Of a DNA stretch of 64,000 bases, positions 14,576 to 28,300 are shown piece by piece (the first letter of the stretch is position 1; every line of letters starts with the position of its first letter). Origin of the DNA: Tubiluchus corallicola (lineage: Eukaryota; Animalia; Priapulida); contig JAQGDQ010000182.1 in assembly GCA_030141605.1 (NCBI GenBank), positions 62,001-126,000 of the forward strand. Reading direction: 5' to 3'. The notes beneath the pieces were generated by a model that saw only the letters and a program-made list of their open reading frames with translations, ran no database searches and was not told the origin of the DNA. The translations under genes were made by a program, and so were the position numbers.

Positions 14576-16281
14576 GTTCTATACTTCTCTGCGAACTAAT
14601 TAGCGATTTTTTTGTGAGTATTTTGAAATACGTATCTTAAATAAAAATAAATAATTGATTATTTCCACGTTTTGTGGCAGGGTGTTGTCTATTATTCGGG
14701 ATACCTTCACTAATGACGTCGTCGACTAACTACTAAGTTGTGGTAGACCCTCCCTACTCATTAATTCAGAATTTTTTTCTAAAATGTGAAAATAGCTGGC
14801 ATTTTGAATTAGCTACAAAATTTTTAAAGCTCTCAGAAATAAATTGTAATCGTGAAGTTTATGTTTACTGTTTTCTTATAAAAATGACAACATTTCTCTT
14901 TAACAAACAAACTAATCGACAATAACTGATAAACCGGCAACACATACAAACTTATTATCTTTTTCGCATTAAAGTAAATCTAACAAGTTTAGATTAAAAT
15001 GATAACTTCATGAACTGGAGATTCTCGAATTTTATGTGATAGACCTAGAATTTTCGCATGCGCTGAAACTTGTACGTCAACCAATCGTACCTTAAATGTA
15101 TTTGTCGCTTTCGTTCGGATTTTATGCACAAATTTAAACACTTCGAATTCTAATACTAAAAAACGGAAGGATTAGCATTAGCTATTAGTCTAAGACTATT
15201 AGTGCAGTTACTCACAAAATCCTAGATCAAGCCCTGTTTGAAATATGGTAATTAAAACGTTTTGGGTAACTGCCTTAGTGACGTCACCACGTTCCTGATT
15301 AATGACTGAAAACGTGTTGAGCAAATCCCAATCCTTTAATCGCCACAGCAGCTAGGACGTGATGGCAATGAATCAGGGAAAACAGAAGAAGCCATGGAGT
15401 CTGTGGATTCAAAACTGTCGAACAGAGATAATCTCCTCATTAGATGGAAGAAACCAAGTGCAAAGGTATTTATTGCAGTAGTGATGTGCAGATGTTCGGA
15501 AAAACCGATACATTAGTGAAATCAGTTCGATTCAGCATAGCTAATGCTAATTCGCTTTATCGGCAACCGTTTTGGTCCTATATGTAACATTGGCGTACTG
15601 AAGACTTCAAAAATTTACAAACTATAATGACCTAGAAGAGAGTAAGGCGCAAGTAAATCGACAATTGCTAAAGTTTATATACTTACGCTAATGAATATTT
15701 CTGATAATTATTTTTATCACTTGTTTGATTTAGTTATTGCTATTTGTTCCTTACGCTCAAGTCACAAAAGGGGATTTTGTCTCTAGTAAATGTCTCGTCT
15801 CTTTCGTTGTCGACTTAATCTGTTTCGTTTATTTGTTGTTGGTGCATCACGGTGTTTGTTTATAATGATGGTTCAGTAAACATACATTATCTCTGTATGA
15901 CGCACAAATTTCATGATGTTACATGGCGTCATTTCGGGTATGTAAGATAACGAGCTGGAAAACTTTTTTGGTTGTGTCGGTTAAATTATCGACTTAATTA
16001 TTTAATCGCTCTATCAGCTTAACCATTTGACAATGTTAATAGACGGTCTTGGATAATTCAAATAACAAACGCGTAAGTCACTGATATGTACTGAGTTGTG
16101 TTCATTCTTGCATCGTCTTGTTGTGTGACGCTAATTAGACAGGGACCTCGGGATACTTTCAGTTGTTTATGAAGTTGCTCATTCACTTATTGTAAACAAA
16201 AAACAAAAGGTATCAGTAATTATAACGCCTTCATAAATTTTTAATTTTACAATATGTTATACACGAGTTTACAAACATAAA

Positions 16282-16490
<209 letters not shown>

Positions 16491-19400
16491 ACGCGTTTTT
16501 CAAATAAATAAACAATTGTTCCTTTTATTTGCAGTTGCCATGTTTTTGAAAACACTTTTGGTTATAATTAAAATCCCTTTGCAAATTAAGAGATTTGTAA
16601 TATGTTCACATAACTATGAATTATTGTTTGCCCATCAAAGCAATAAACGTCTAATCGAATTGTGAGAATGCATAAAATTTACATACATTAACATTTTGCT
16701 TTTCTAAGCGATGTATAGAAAAGATATTTTAAAATGGTTTAATATCACGCGTTGCGATCAGTTTAGCGGTAAGGAGCCGCAGTATAACGATATTTATAGC
16801 ACTAGAAAGGCCATAAAATCAATACTGTACTCATATCTAACCAGATGGGTTTTAAAAAATTTAAGGACTTAAAGATGGAGGGCACACTGTACTGACTCTG
16901 ACACATATAGCAGAAATTTCAGGGAAGGCTTGCAACTCCAGATGAAATTAATACAGGTCTAACGAGAAAAAGTAAATCATGTGGAAAATCATTATTAATC
17001 CGAATTTGGCATCCAGGTGACATCAGAAACAATCAAAGGACTTAAACTGGAACCATGAGCTATAGATTTGGAACTATTGGACTTAATCGTTTAGTAGTTA
17101 AGATATTAGATTTGCAGTCCCAGGTTTAAAACCGAAGTGGTCCTAGCAATCTCATCATTAAACAATTTGTCAGAAAAAATTGCACTAATATTAGCAACAA
17201 AACCTGTACAACAGAATATACTAAATATGTCTTTTTAAAACTTTTCTGCAAAGTGTAAACTGTGTACAGATCTTAGACTGTGGGCTGTACTGTCTACGCA
17301 ACATGCGCTAATTTCATTTGCAGCAAAGCAAAAAATTGAGATAACCGTAACTGCAGCTTTTTACGAGCAGTTTATGTGCGTTTCAACCAGTACGTGAATT
17401 CTTAGTTACTTAGCAAATGCGATTATACACAAAATAAAAAAAATTTAATCAGTTAGACACATACCGCCGCATGTCTTCTGAAAGCCCTGTATCTTTTAAC
17501 TGACATCAGTGATTAGGAAGAAGAAAGTATTACAAATAAGTTCTCAAAATGATCACTTTGTTGCTACATTTGCTGCACAACACATACAACAAGCTTTTTT
17601 TTAGGAATGTTGGTATTTGTTTCATTGGCCGTGGAGAGGTAAACATCGCTTGCAGAGATCAAGCGCAAGAAAAAGTATCGTTATTAACTATATGTTATTG
17701 CACGTATTTGTGTGTTTGTATTGTACTAGCCATGTACAATGTATTCTGTATCTTTAGCTATAATTTTACTTTCTGTACATTGTCAATATATTTTTACGAT
17801 GCATTTAATGGATATATAAGTCTCTTGACTTCTGTTCATAAATAAAAATAATAAATAAAATAAATATAAAATTGCAAGGCTATTAAAACCAAATTGTATC
17901 AAGCTTCTGGCTTTGTTTATTACTGTTTTCTCGATCTCATTAAAACGTTTCCAATTGCACTAGAGGTATTACTCCTAATAAATAAAGTCAAACTGACTTG
18001 ACTTTCGTTCATTTGTGACGTTCAAGGCTATTCATATAGCTTCATATTCCAAATGTAGGCCTAACGTAAGTCATAAAGCTGCTTCAATTTCACTAATTTA
18101 AGCTAACAAACTTGCTGAAGCCATTTCCTGATTTCAACTATCTGGTGCAGCCATTGATTTGCGTGTAGATTGGAAACTTCCTCGGGCTTCTGTTTAAATT
18201 CTTTGATGCTAATGATCAAAATATTTACTCTTTCTCGACGCCAATCATGACACAAACTGCTTCTTTGCTAGTGCGCAACACAAGCTGTTGTTTTTTTCCT
18301 GTAGTTCTGCAATTTTGGCCTGAGGCCCGTCGTAGGCCTACAGTCATGATGTCACATAAGGTTCAAAAGCAAGAATACACATTCTTTTTATTCTCTCTTT
18401 CTTTCTTTCTGTATTCCTTTATCTATTTATTTACTTTTTTACTTATTCGTAAATTTATCCGCTCACTCCTATCATATATTCATTGTTCGTTTGCTTTTTC
18501 GTTCGCTCGTTCCTTCCTTTCTTCCTTCCTGCCTGCCTTTTTTCATTCATTCATTGATTCATTCATTCATTCAGTCAGTCAGTCATTCATTCACTCGTTC
18601 ATTCATTTGTTGTTCGCACATTCCCAATCGTACACGATATTTCAAAGCGACAGCATTTTACCAAAATGTATTTTTTGAAAATTAGCATTTTGAAACACAG
18701 TTTAAATGAAAATCCATATACTTTAACGACTAAACATTAAAACTTTCCGCCCATTAGAAAATTATGTATCAACGTCTAGGCATTTATTACTTGTGCAACT
18801 TTTTATTAAAACACTTGTGAAGCGTGAGAACTATTAGTATAGGTAATTACAACATCTCATACCACAATAACTAGTTCCCACTAGACTCATTTAAACGGCC
18901 AACGAAAGTCATAAAAAAGTAGCTATAAACGCTGCTATTATGTTCTCATAATTCAATGAAAATACTGTCACTAGAAAATTTCCAGCGAATTTTTATTAAA
19001 TAATCTTAAATAGTTTTTAAGTTTATTGTACGACAAATAGCGCAGCGTAGCGGAGTGATTTCAAACCGTTCAAAATAGCAGGATTTCTCGGAATTTGTGT
19101 CTTTATAACTCGGAAAGTATGCAGTAAGTTAAGATTACGCACGCGCCATTTGAGTTTAATAGTGGGATAAATTTTCTTTGCTATTTCTGCTGTATTCTCT
19201 GAATGCACCTTCTAAATAAATAAATAGTAAACAACTTTAAGAAATAGGCGTAAGTTATATAATGAATGTAAAAGATGGAAATGTTACGTTAGATAAAGGA
19301 AAATGCATTAACATTTTAATGTAAATTAAATGTTGCTTTATGTTAATTTAATAAAATATATATTATATTTTATTGATTGTATTATATTTGATTGTTATAG

Positions 19401-21804
19401 AGATGGAACACTATTTTATGCTCCATCTCTACGTTCCGTACCAACATACAGACTTCAGTCAAACGTTTTAGTAAACAAATTTAGCTTGTAAAAGTGTTAA
19501 CAGTCAAAGACTTTCTGACATCTATTCTTGGTTTCAAGGTCACACAAATTCAACTTTAGTTATTTTATATTTTTTACGATAAAATACAGTCCTTTTCTTC
19601 AAAGTGACTCATTGTAGACGCGGTGTAAAATTAGTAATTGGAGAAAATGGACCATATTTCGCGTTTAAGCATCTACTGTTTTTGCGAACAGTATGTCCAT
19701 AACTGCCTTAAATTACCACCCTCTTCTTGCGAGTCTTTCGCTAACAACACACCCAAGCAAGAGAGTCAGTGATTTGTAGGATAATGGTTTAGAAATTGCT
19801 CTTAAAAGCTGTTTGTTTTATTCGTGCGTCTCTCAAAACAGGCGCTATTTCTTTAATGATTTACAATAAATTTCCCTCAGCGGTGTGTAAATAACCAGAC
19901 GTAATCGCTCGCAAAATGTGCGTTACATTTAGTGATAATAGCATTTTACTACCGACTGTAAAAGCTGTCACAGTTCTAGCAGTCGCCGAAATCTTGAAAA
20001 CATACGCTTCACTGTATTGTCAGCGTGTATAATTTTGTGACATCGTTGTATGGTAATTTAGTTGACAGATTAGCCCCTATGATATGTGCAGTTGAGAGAA
20101 ACGGTACATTTCCATTACTGTTTCTACTTTCTAACACGTTTTAGTCGTTGTGGTGTTGTCGTGGCGAATATTCTTGCAATATAATTATTTCATTGCAAAC
20201 AAGGTCTTCAACATTGCAGCTTGCAACGATGACTTTGTGGGAATTTTTATCAGTCGTAGACATCTTTGATAGACTGGCTGTCATCTGCTGGCTGCCTTAT
20301 CCCATACCATCACCTTTTAAAAAAGTTGTGCACACAAGAACGCAGTACAGTCACAGTATCGCGAATCTATCTCACAGACAAGTTCCGTTTCCATGCTCCT
20401 GTAATATGTTATTATTGACAATAATGACACCCAGACGGTTGAAGCCACGGAACCCAGAAAGAAACAAAAAAGCTGTTTTTCCCGCATACGGAACATAATG
20501 TACGCAGCAGCAGAGAATATAATATCCATTCTCTAGCAGCAGTGACAATACATAAAACAGTGCCTTTCATTGCTGTTCCATCCAGCCTTTCAGTTTTAAT
20601 AAGTGTGTTATTTCTTTTCAAGTAACACATAAATTGAAGCCAAGTTTCTGTATCCGCCATAAATCTGTGACAGGTTTCATGTCTGAGCATGTGGTAAATT
20701 TAGGCGTACTTATTCCCAGCTGCAACAGAATAAACCTTAAGCTACGCTTTTGCAATACGCGGGCGAGCGAAAAAATCCCCTTTGGCTTATAGTTATGGGT
20801 CTTAGAATTATGGTGGTCACACTAGTTGCAGCAAAGTGCGAAAATAGTTACTCATGAAATTGCACATCCATAATTGTATAATACGAGTTCGTAAAATGTC
20901 TTAAAAACGACGCTTACATTACACGACTCTTTTGTAATTGCCGCTTTCGTTAACATCTGCTGTACACAGACAATGTAAAATCTTTGGTTTTGAACTTTAA
21001 GGAATCTTATAATAATTACGTGTCGCTGAATCAGCTTCTGAGCATTGCTGTATGAATACCAAAGGTTGGCGGACTTTAAGCAGGCGAGACTTAAGAATAT
21101 TACAGATTTACTAAAGCGTATTAGACGAGGATTTTTCTTTGCGGATTTCGCGAACTCAGCAACAGCTAAACACAAAAAGAACAAGCAATAAATAATGAGC
21201 AATTGAGTTTCTTTCGTTATTTTTGCGGATTACTGCGGATTTTAAAATTTCCATCGTAAATATTGTGCGAAGGTTAAATTATGTAGACATCCGCGGAATA
21301 TTTGGTGGAATATTCAGTATGGATACTATGGTCTATGGCTAATGTAAGGCATCAAAATAAATAGAGTGTGTCTTACGCAAGCCTGTACGTTTTGCGTGTA
21401 ACAATCAATTTGTATCATAACAGAAACTTAAGTTTTATTTGTAAGTAAATTAAGTTTGTTGTTATTAGTAAGATCGTAGTAATGCTTTCGTGTAAATCAC
21501 TTCTATCGAATAAACCTAAGACGAAATAAATATTTTGTGTTTCATAGCAATATTACATACACAACAGCAAGTTTTTAGACAATATTTTAAATCACGAAGC
21601 AACTCAGTCTACAGGGCGTTAAGAGTAGCCGCCATATCAATAAACAATAACGTTTTCTAGTTTTGGAAAATCAAAATCAAAATAAAGTTTTGTTTTTCAA
21701 GATTGTACCTTAAGCTATTTTGAAGTTGTAAGTAATTTTTCAATGTTTAAACCACTCTTCTAGAAAAATAATTGCATATACATTCAAAAACTGTTCTATA
21801 GTAG

Positions 21805-21900
21805 AAAGTCTGAAGAATTTTGCATCTTTACCGAGACTCGAATCCGAGACTTTTGCTTTCACTAACGACATGTTCGCCTGTTTATCTTTCTATTACATAC
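21805..21900 (-). mobile_element. Degenerate tRNA-like SINE head
   Basis: The minus strand has a T-arm-like hairpin with a B box (tcggattcgagtctcgg); the rest is poorly conserved. Confidence 0.35.
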
Positions 21901-22613
21901 GGTGTTCGATATTTTTCTTTTTATTCCATCCATGGTGAACATTTATGTCAATTAAGTTTTTAAACAGCGCAAAATCTGTTTTAATGTTTTTCAAATTACG
22001 GCTCGTACCTAATTTCCGTCATATTTCAGCTTCTCCTCAGCATCATAAAGTTCAGTTGTGGTGTAATTTTTCAGTCACTAGTCATACGCAGCCAGTTAGC
22101 ACATGAATCTATGCCTTATTATAATTATTAACAGTTCACTAATTAGAGCAAGATGTGTAATAATGTGTCCTTTGGCTTACGTAATTGCTGCCTCTTAACT
22201 AGTGAGTAATAAAGTTTCAGATCATCGTAAGATAACCTTTCTTAATTTGAAAGTAGCAAGAGGGTTTGAAAATGTTGAGTTGCTAGTAAAAGTTTTTAAT
22301 GGTTGATTAAGCAAAGTGCATTCCAATAAAACAGTACAGAGAAATATGCTGTTGTGCTGAAATGTGCTAAATGAAATGTACATCAAATTAACCTGGATTT
22401 TTGCATTATAACTTCATAATTACGTAAAAATAATATTATTTAAATAAAGACTATTATGATTAAATAGGTTGACGTAGTTCTAATAAGAATAAAGTATTCA
22501 ACGTAATTTCTAGGCAAGAAAAAGAAGGGTATGAATTAACCGATCAGACTAGTTTATTATTTTTGTAATTCTCTTTAAATCCTGTAATCCGCATGGCCTA
22601 GCCGGTCTAACTA

Positions 22614-23287
22614 CAGTAGGCGCCGCTTAATAGACTGACGGTTAATAGACTCGATTGCTTAATTGACTCAAAACGCCTAGTATGGGCTGCTTTTGTTCAA
22701 ATATACATAAAACTGTCGGTAATTGACTCAAATAACTCCGCATAACTGACTCATATTTTTGCTTCACATGCTTCAATAAGACACTTTCGTGTCTTATGAG
22801 TAATAAGCTTTTGTGATTACGATATCATCTTAGTTCACTTTTGTCCTATAATGTACATAGAAATAATCAAGTTAAATCCCGTTTTGTTTGTAAGCAGGAA
22901 CATTTAGCATAGGCTAATTATGCTAGCCTGATGGTTTGCTTTGACCCGACCTTTTGACGAAGCCACTTGCAGGGAAACACAGGCACCACCAACAGTTCAA
23001 GCACTTACACTGTAGTTTAGAAAAGTATAAAAAAGTATACTTTTTAATTTATTGCTAATTCATTTATATAAATTAATATTTTAAAATATTTTTGTTCTAA
23101 TTTTTAACTGCACAAAGGAATTTAGGCATTACTTCGTTTCTAAAATTCATTAAAAACTTTTGCAATGCATAGTGAGCTGGACTCATTCTATACCAGTAAT
23201 ACTACACCCATCGGTTAAAAGGTTCAGACGGTTAATTGGGTCAAGACACGTTGGTCCCAAAGTGAGTCTATTAAGCGGCGCCAACTG
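22614..23287. mobile_element. Non-autonomous Tc1/mariner-pogo-type DNA transposon (MITE), 674 bp
   Basis: TIRs CAGTAGGCGCCGCTTAATAGACTGAC (22614-) and reverse complement CAGTTGGCGCCGCTTAATAGACTCAC (-23287), 24/26 match; TA on the left flank (TG on the right); subterminal repeats resembling TAATTGACTC; no ORF. Confidence 0.85.
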
Positions 23288-24837
23288 TGTCATTACATTA
23301 TAATTACAATGCAAAGTTTTAAACATCTTTCGGTAGATGGCGCAGAGCAGTCATGGATGCATCGCTTAATTATTTGGCTTCTTGAATTGAACGCTTTCAG
23401 TCATCGATTACGTTCATTTACTCAGCATTTGGGCGATAAACTGTGGAGATAGAAGCGACTGGAGTTCCCTTTGCTGCAAATTGATCAATCTAATAAACCA
23501 GGATAAATCAGTCCTCTGTCGGCTTCAATTATACCCAAATGCTTTATGCAAATTTGCTGCTAAATTTCAATTAATTTCGGAATGAGACTGCAAAATAACT
23601 TTTATGAACAGGATGGGAAATTATCCCTATTAATTTGTGAGCATTTCCCGATGGTGGCAGCACGGTAGCTATGGTAGCTGTTTTGAAGATTGATATTGCA
23701 TGATGTGAAGCAGAAACTCAAATATTTCTTTAAGAAATGTTTTAATGAAATTGTTTTCTTATATCTAGTACTACCCTCTTTTAATTTTAATGTTGTTCTA
23801 ATTCTTTAAAAGAATTATGTGTCCACTTATACAATAATGTGTTATGTCTTTTATCTATTAATAATCTTGCTGAATTAAAATCTAATAGAGGTCGTGAGTC
23901 ACATAAATTTCCCCCATTATCCCCTTCTCCTCTCCTTATCTCCTCCCCTTCTCCTCTCCTCACTTCTCCTTATCTCATCTCACCTCACCTCACCTTTTTA
24001 TCTCACATCACTTCAACTCGTCTCGTTTAGCTTCAGCTCAATTGGTTGAAGTCAAAATCATATTTAGGTTGGATAAGTTATGAAAAAGTAATTTTCTTTC
24101 TGGGTAGAGCAACTGGAGTAGCTTATGACCTTCAAAATGGTGTCATACGTGTCCAAGGGGAGATAAGTTTCTGTGAGACGCCACGTGCAGAAGCACGCAA
24201 ACTTTTCAACGTATCGAATGAAGTAATAAACACCGTCGTTTAGATGATTCATGACTTAATTCACTGTCTTCAGTTCCTGGTTCTGCAAGCAAACTCTACC
24301 GTCTCTCCAAAACACGTACGCCTAGAAGATGTAGAGAGCGTTTCTAAATTTCGTAGAACTTCTTTAAAAGGCTTTTGTGCCGCGTTTATAATAAGATATA
24401 AAGAAAATTAATCAGCCAATTTCTGAAGGATTTCATTAATTAGCGCAGTTTGCTAGGTGTGCGCGTGGCTAATAAAGTGTATCGGTCTGATAGAGGTCAA
24501 AAATTATTTTTTCAAAACTGACGTGTTTTCATAAGTTCGTTTCGGGGTATAGTTTATTTCCATTGACGTAGGAATACATATTGAAGCTTTCCATTAGAGC
24601 AAATTTTTATCTTTGTTGTAAACTCAGAAATCTTGTATGCATTGTTAATATGAGAATGTTTGTAATACAGTGCCACTGATGATGTTATGTTTCACCCAGG
24701 ACGACACTCTCTTTTTTGTAACAATTTAACAATATAAAATATTGTATACTCATTAATTTCACATCACACAAACAACTTTTTTTCTTATAATTCGCCAGTT
24801 GTTAGAAGACGAGACTTTTGCTTTGTTAAAATATTTT

Positions 24838-25086
24838 ACAACAACAACAACGACGACAACAACATTGACGACGACGACAGCAGCAACAACAACAACAATA
24901 ACAGCAACAGCAACAACAACAGCAGCAGCAGCAGCAGCAACAACAACAACAACAACAACAACGACGACAACAACAGCAGCAACAACAACGACAACAACAA
25001 CTATAGCAGCAACAACGACGACAACAACAGCAGCAACAACAACGACAACAACAGCAGCAGCAGCAGCAGCAACAACAACAACACCA

Positions 25087-25118
<32 letters not shown>

Positions 25119-25237
25119 AGCAACAACAACAACAACAACAACGACAACGACAGCAGCAGCAACAACAACGACAACAACAACTATAGCAGCAGCAACAACA
25201 ACAACAACGACAACAACAGCAGCAACAACAACAACAA

Positions 25238-25278
<41 letters not shown>

Positions 25279-25323
25279 GCAACAACAAAAACAGCAGCAA
25301 CAACAGCAATAACAACAACAACA
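24838..25323. repeat. Mixed (ACA/GCA/ACG)n trinucleotide tract
   Basis: Direct reading; internal re-duplication (acaacaacaactatagcagc occurs twice). Confidence 0.95.
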
Positions 25324-28300
25324 AAAATTCATTTTTCGATAAACTTTTCCACTAAATTTTTCCAGTAACTGCCATTAAAGCTTAGCCATCAGCGTCTCTT
25401 ATAGATTTCATATTACAGCCTTTAAATAAAGTTTCATACACACACTTTCTGCAAGCTCAGTCTTAGCGTGGGTGCCTTCATGGAAACCCACAGGCATCAA
25501 AGTTAAACCCGACTCTTTTCCAATTAACTGTAAGTAGGTAGACCAATCGGTTACTGAGACGACGTTCTATACTATAGAAATGGGATGTTAGAATCCGCAC
25601 TAGATGATCCTTAGCAGCATTAATTAGCTCAATTAGTTTTAGTAAATCAAATTAGAGGCTGAGGCACCTGATTACCTGCTCATGTATTTTACCTGGCTTG
25701 TCGTCAATCCTATACGCTTATCTTGATAAGAGATGTTCTGTTATTCATTGGTATAATTGCAAGCAGCATGGGCATCCGGCCCCTTGCCCAGGATAAGTTC
25801 AAGACAATAAATATGTGTACATTGCCATACTGACCACCCGTAGCTAATTAAGTCATCATATTCGCTACCTATCCAATTAGACCGAATAAACATGTTCCTC
25901 ATTTGATGTGTGGTTTCTCTGAGGGTGAAGCCATGCTCACGTTAGAGGTCGTTATAGATATTTACACCACTGTTGTATTACACTGAAAACTTGCTTACTC
26001 GAAATGAGTATGTTGTTACTGTTCTGAACAAGCAAGGCTTTTGAGAAAGCAAGCTACGGTTTAAGTAACCTTTAAAACATTTAAATAGGATTTTACTTAA
26101 AAATGAGTAAACTGACGTTCAAAATGAGCATACTCAAAATATTAGTTAGTTTAGGGTTATTCATTTATTCATTTAAGCTGGCAAAGATCCTTAAATCCGA
26201 ATACTTAAGCTAACATAACCGGCTATGTATGTTCATTTTGAGTAACTTGATAACCAAAATGCAAACTTATATCAATTTAGCAGCATGAATCTGTTTTGGG
26301 TTCTTCTTGGCTTCCTAAGCGTGCTCTTACTAACAATTTATTATTACACCTGGCTGTTTACAGATCCGCCCTCACTTGTCTTGATGTGGCATATATTCAC
26401 CAAGACGATATAGCGGATGTGGCTCATGCAGGGCTAAATAATCAGTTGCTTGTGATCGCTAATTAACAACGTGCTGCAAGAAACAGGCGGTTTGTTAATG
26501 ATGATTGCAAGTTGTCCATCCGCAAAAATCATCCTTTTGAAGGTGCACTATTCGAAGATCTGGCGGTAATGAGAGAAGAGTCCATGTACCATGTACGTTG
26601 GTACATCAAAGTTCTCTTTCTGCATGCAGCCGAGCTCAGTCAACTAACCTAAGATAGGGGATTTTGCGATCCTTTAAGGCACTTATATTGTAGAATGTAA
26701 TTTTACTAGAATGTCTACTAGAAGTTGAGACTGAGGTTTGTTCATGTAATTGATAAAAACACTGGTTTAAGGTATTTTTGTATGCATCAGAGAACCACGT
26801 GTCTATGGCTGTTTGAACACAGAATGTATCTAGTTGTAGTACAAACCCACAACTGAAACGAAAGGAAATGTGAAAAAGTTGGAATACATTCTGGATTTGA
26901 ACTAGGAACTAGGAAAATAGATGATAATAATTATTAATAGAATAGACCTGCACCTGAATATGAGCAGTGCAAATTTGTTTTTCTCTTGGAACTGGAACGA
27001 AATCTAAACATTTTGTTCTTCAATTGTTGAATTTTATGCACACATTTATATATATTAAGTGCCTAAGGAAAAATGGTTACAGTTACTGTACAGAATTTTC
27101 ACTGCTGCTGTATAAGCATACAAATGTAAACCTCATAATATCAAACTGTATATTTACTTGGTACTCACACATTTGAATTTTAGACCTGTGTGGAGAAGTT
27201 TATGTTTCAGGCAAGAATGAAATAAAACTCTAAATCATTTCATAATGACATCTTAACTACTGACATTTATTGACTACAGTTTCACGGCTGTGAGTTCCAG
27301 TTTTCTTTGTCAACAGAAACTAATCAATCGTCGTTTATTCTGAGTTTATGGTTAAGAATATGAATTTTTCACCAAGTCCTAAGAATTCATGGTGATGTGA
27401 TAGTGATGGGTTACCAGTTTACTTTTTTAATGATGCTTTCGTCAAAAATTCACCTTTGCAGGAAAAGCAAGCTATTTTTATGAGTTCCTTTGATGATCTT
27501 TTGTGTTCTTTCTTGTTGCACTAGTTGGTCATAGAATACAGATTTGCTGATATCTCGATAAACTAGAGAAAAGAGCATTTCCTTGCACAGTTTGTTAGTT
27601 TCTTCGCGTTTTTCTGCTTGCCAGGCATTATTACTAATCTAGTTTTCAAGAGGTTATAAAATTGGATGTTTGAGATCACGTAATACTTGATAATATTGAC
27701 TCTAACATCATTGGTAATGCTTTGAAAGACTGACCTACCAATCTATAAAATTTTCAGTTGATAGACAGCACCTTTTCTTAAAGTTCTCATTTGTAAAATT
27801 CATTACTAGAAAAGTGTTTTCCCTGTTAATAATAGCAAAAACATCAATAGGCAAGTCCAGTTTCTTGATTGAGAAACTATATACAAGAGATGTTTACTCT
27901 TCTTTAATTTTAAATTAAGATTAAATGATTAAATTTATTTATTTATAATAAGACTAGTTAAACCGTACTATGTAATTAACAAACTATACTTTATAGCATA
28001 AATTATGAACATTTTCGAAAATTGTAGACTAGACTTTTATAAACGTCTATAAACAGTTACATGTTTGTCATCGAATTAGATCTGAATAAGAAAATTAATT
28101 AAAAAACAGTCGCAATTTAAATGCACGTGTCAGACGAGTGATGATAGTGTTGATGAGTGATAATTGTGTATACCCACGTCCCCAATAACTGAAAGAGAAG
28201 ATTTTTTAATTCTGAATTAGGTAAGCTACCCAACATAATGTGTAAATTATTATTATTAGTAGTAGCATTATTTATTGCTAAAAGTGTTACATACACTGTA

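Noticed and set aside
24799-25368. Thr/Ala-rich mucin-like 189-aa ORF (poly-Cys on the minus strand, poly-Gln in another frame)
   Set aside because: Entirely a trinucleotide repeat, with no splice signals or unique coding flanks.
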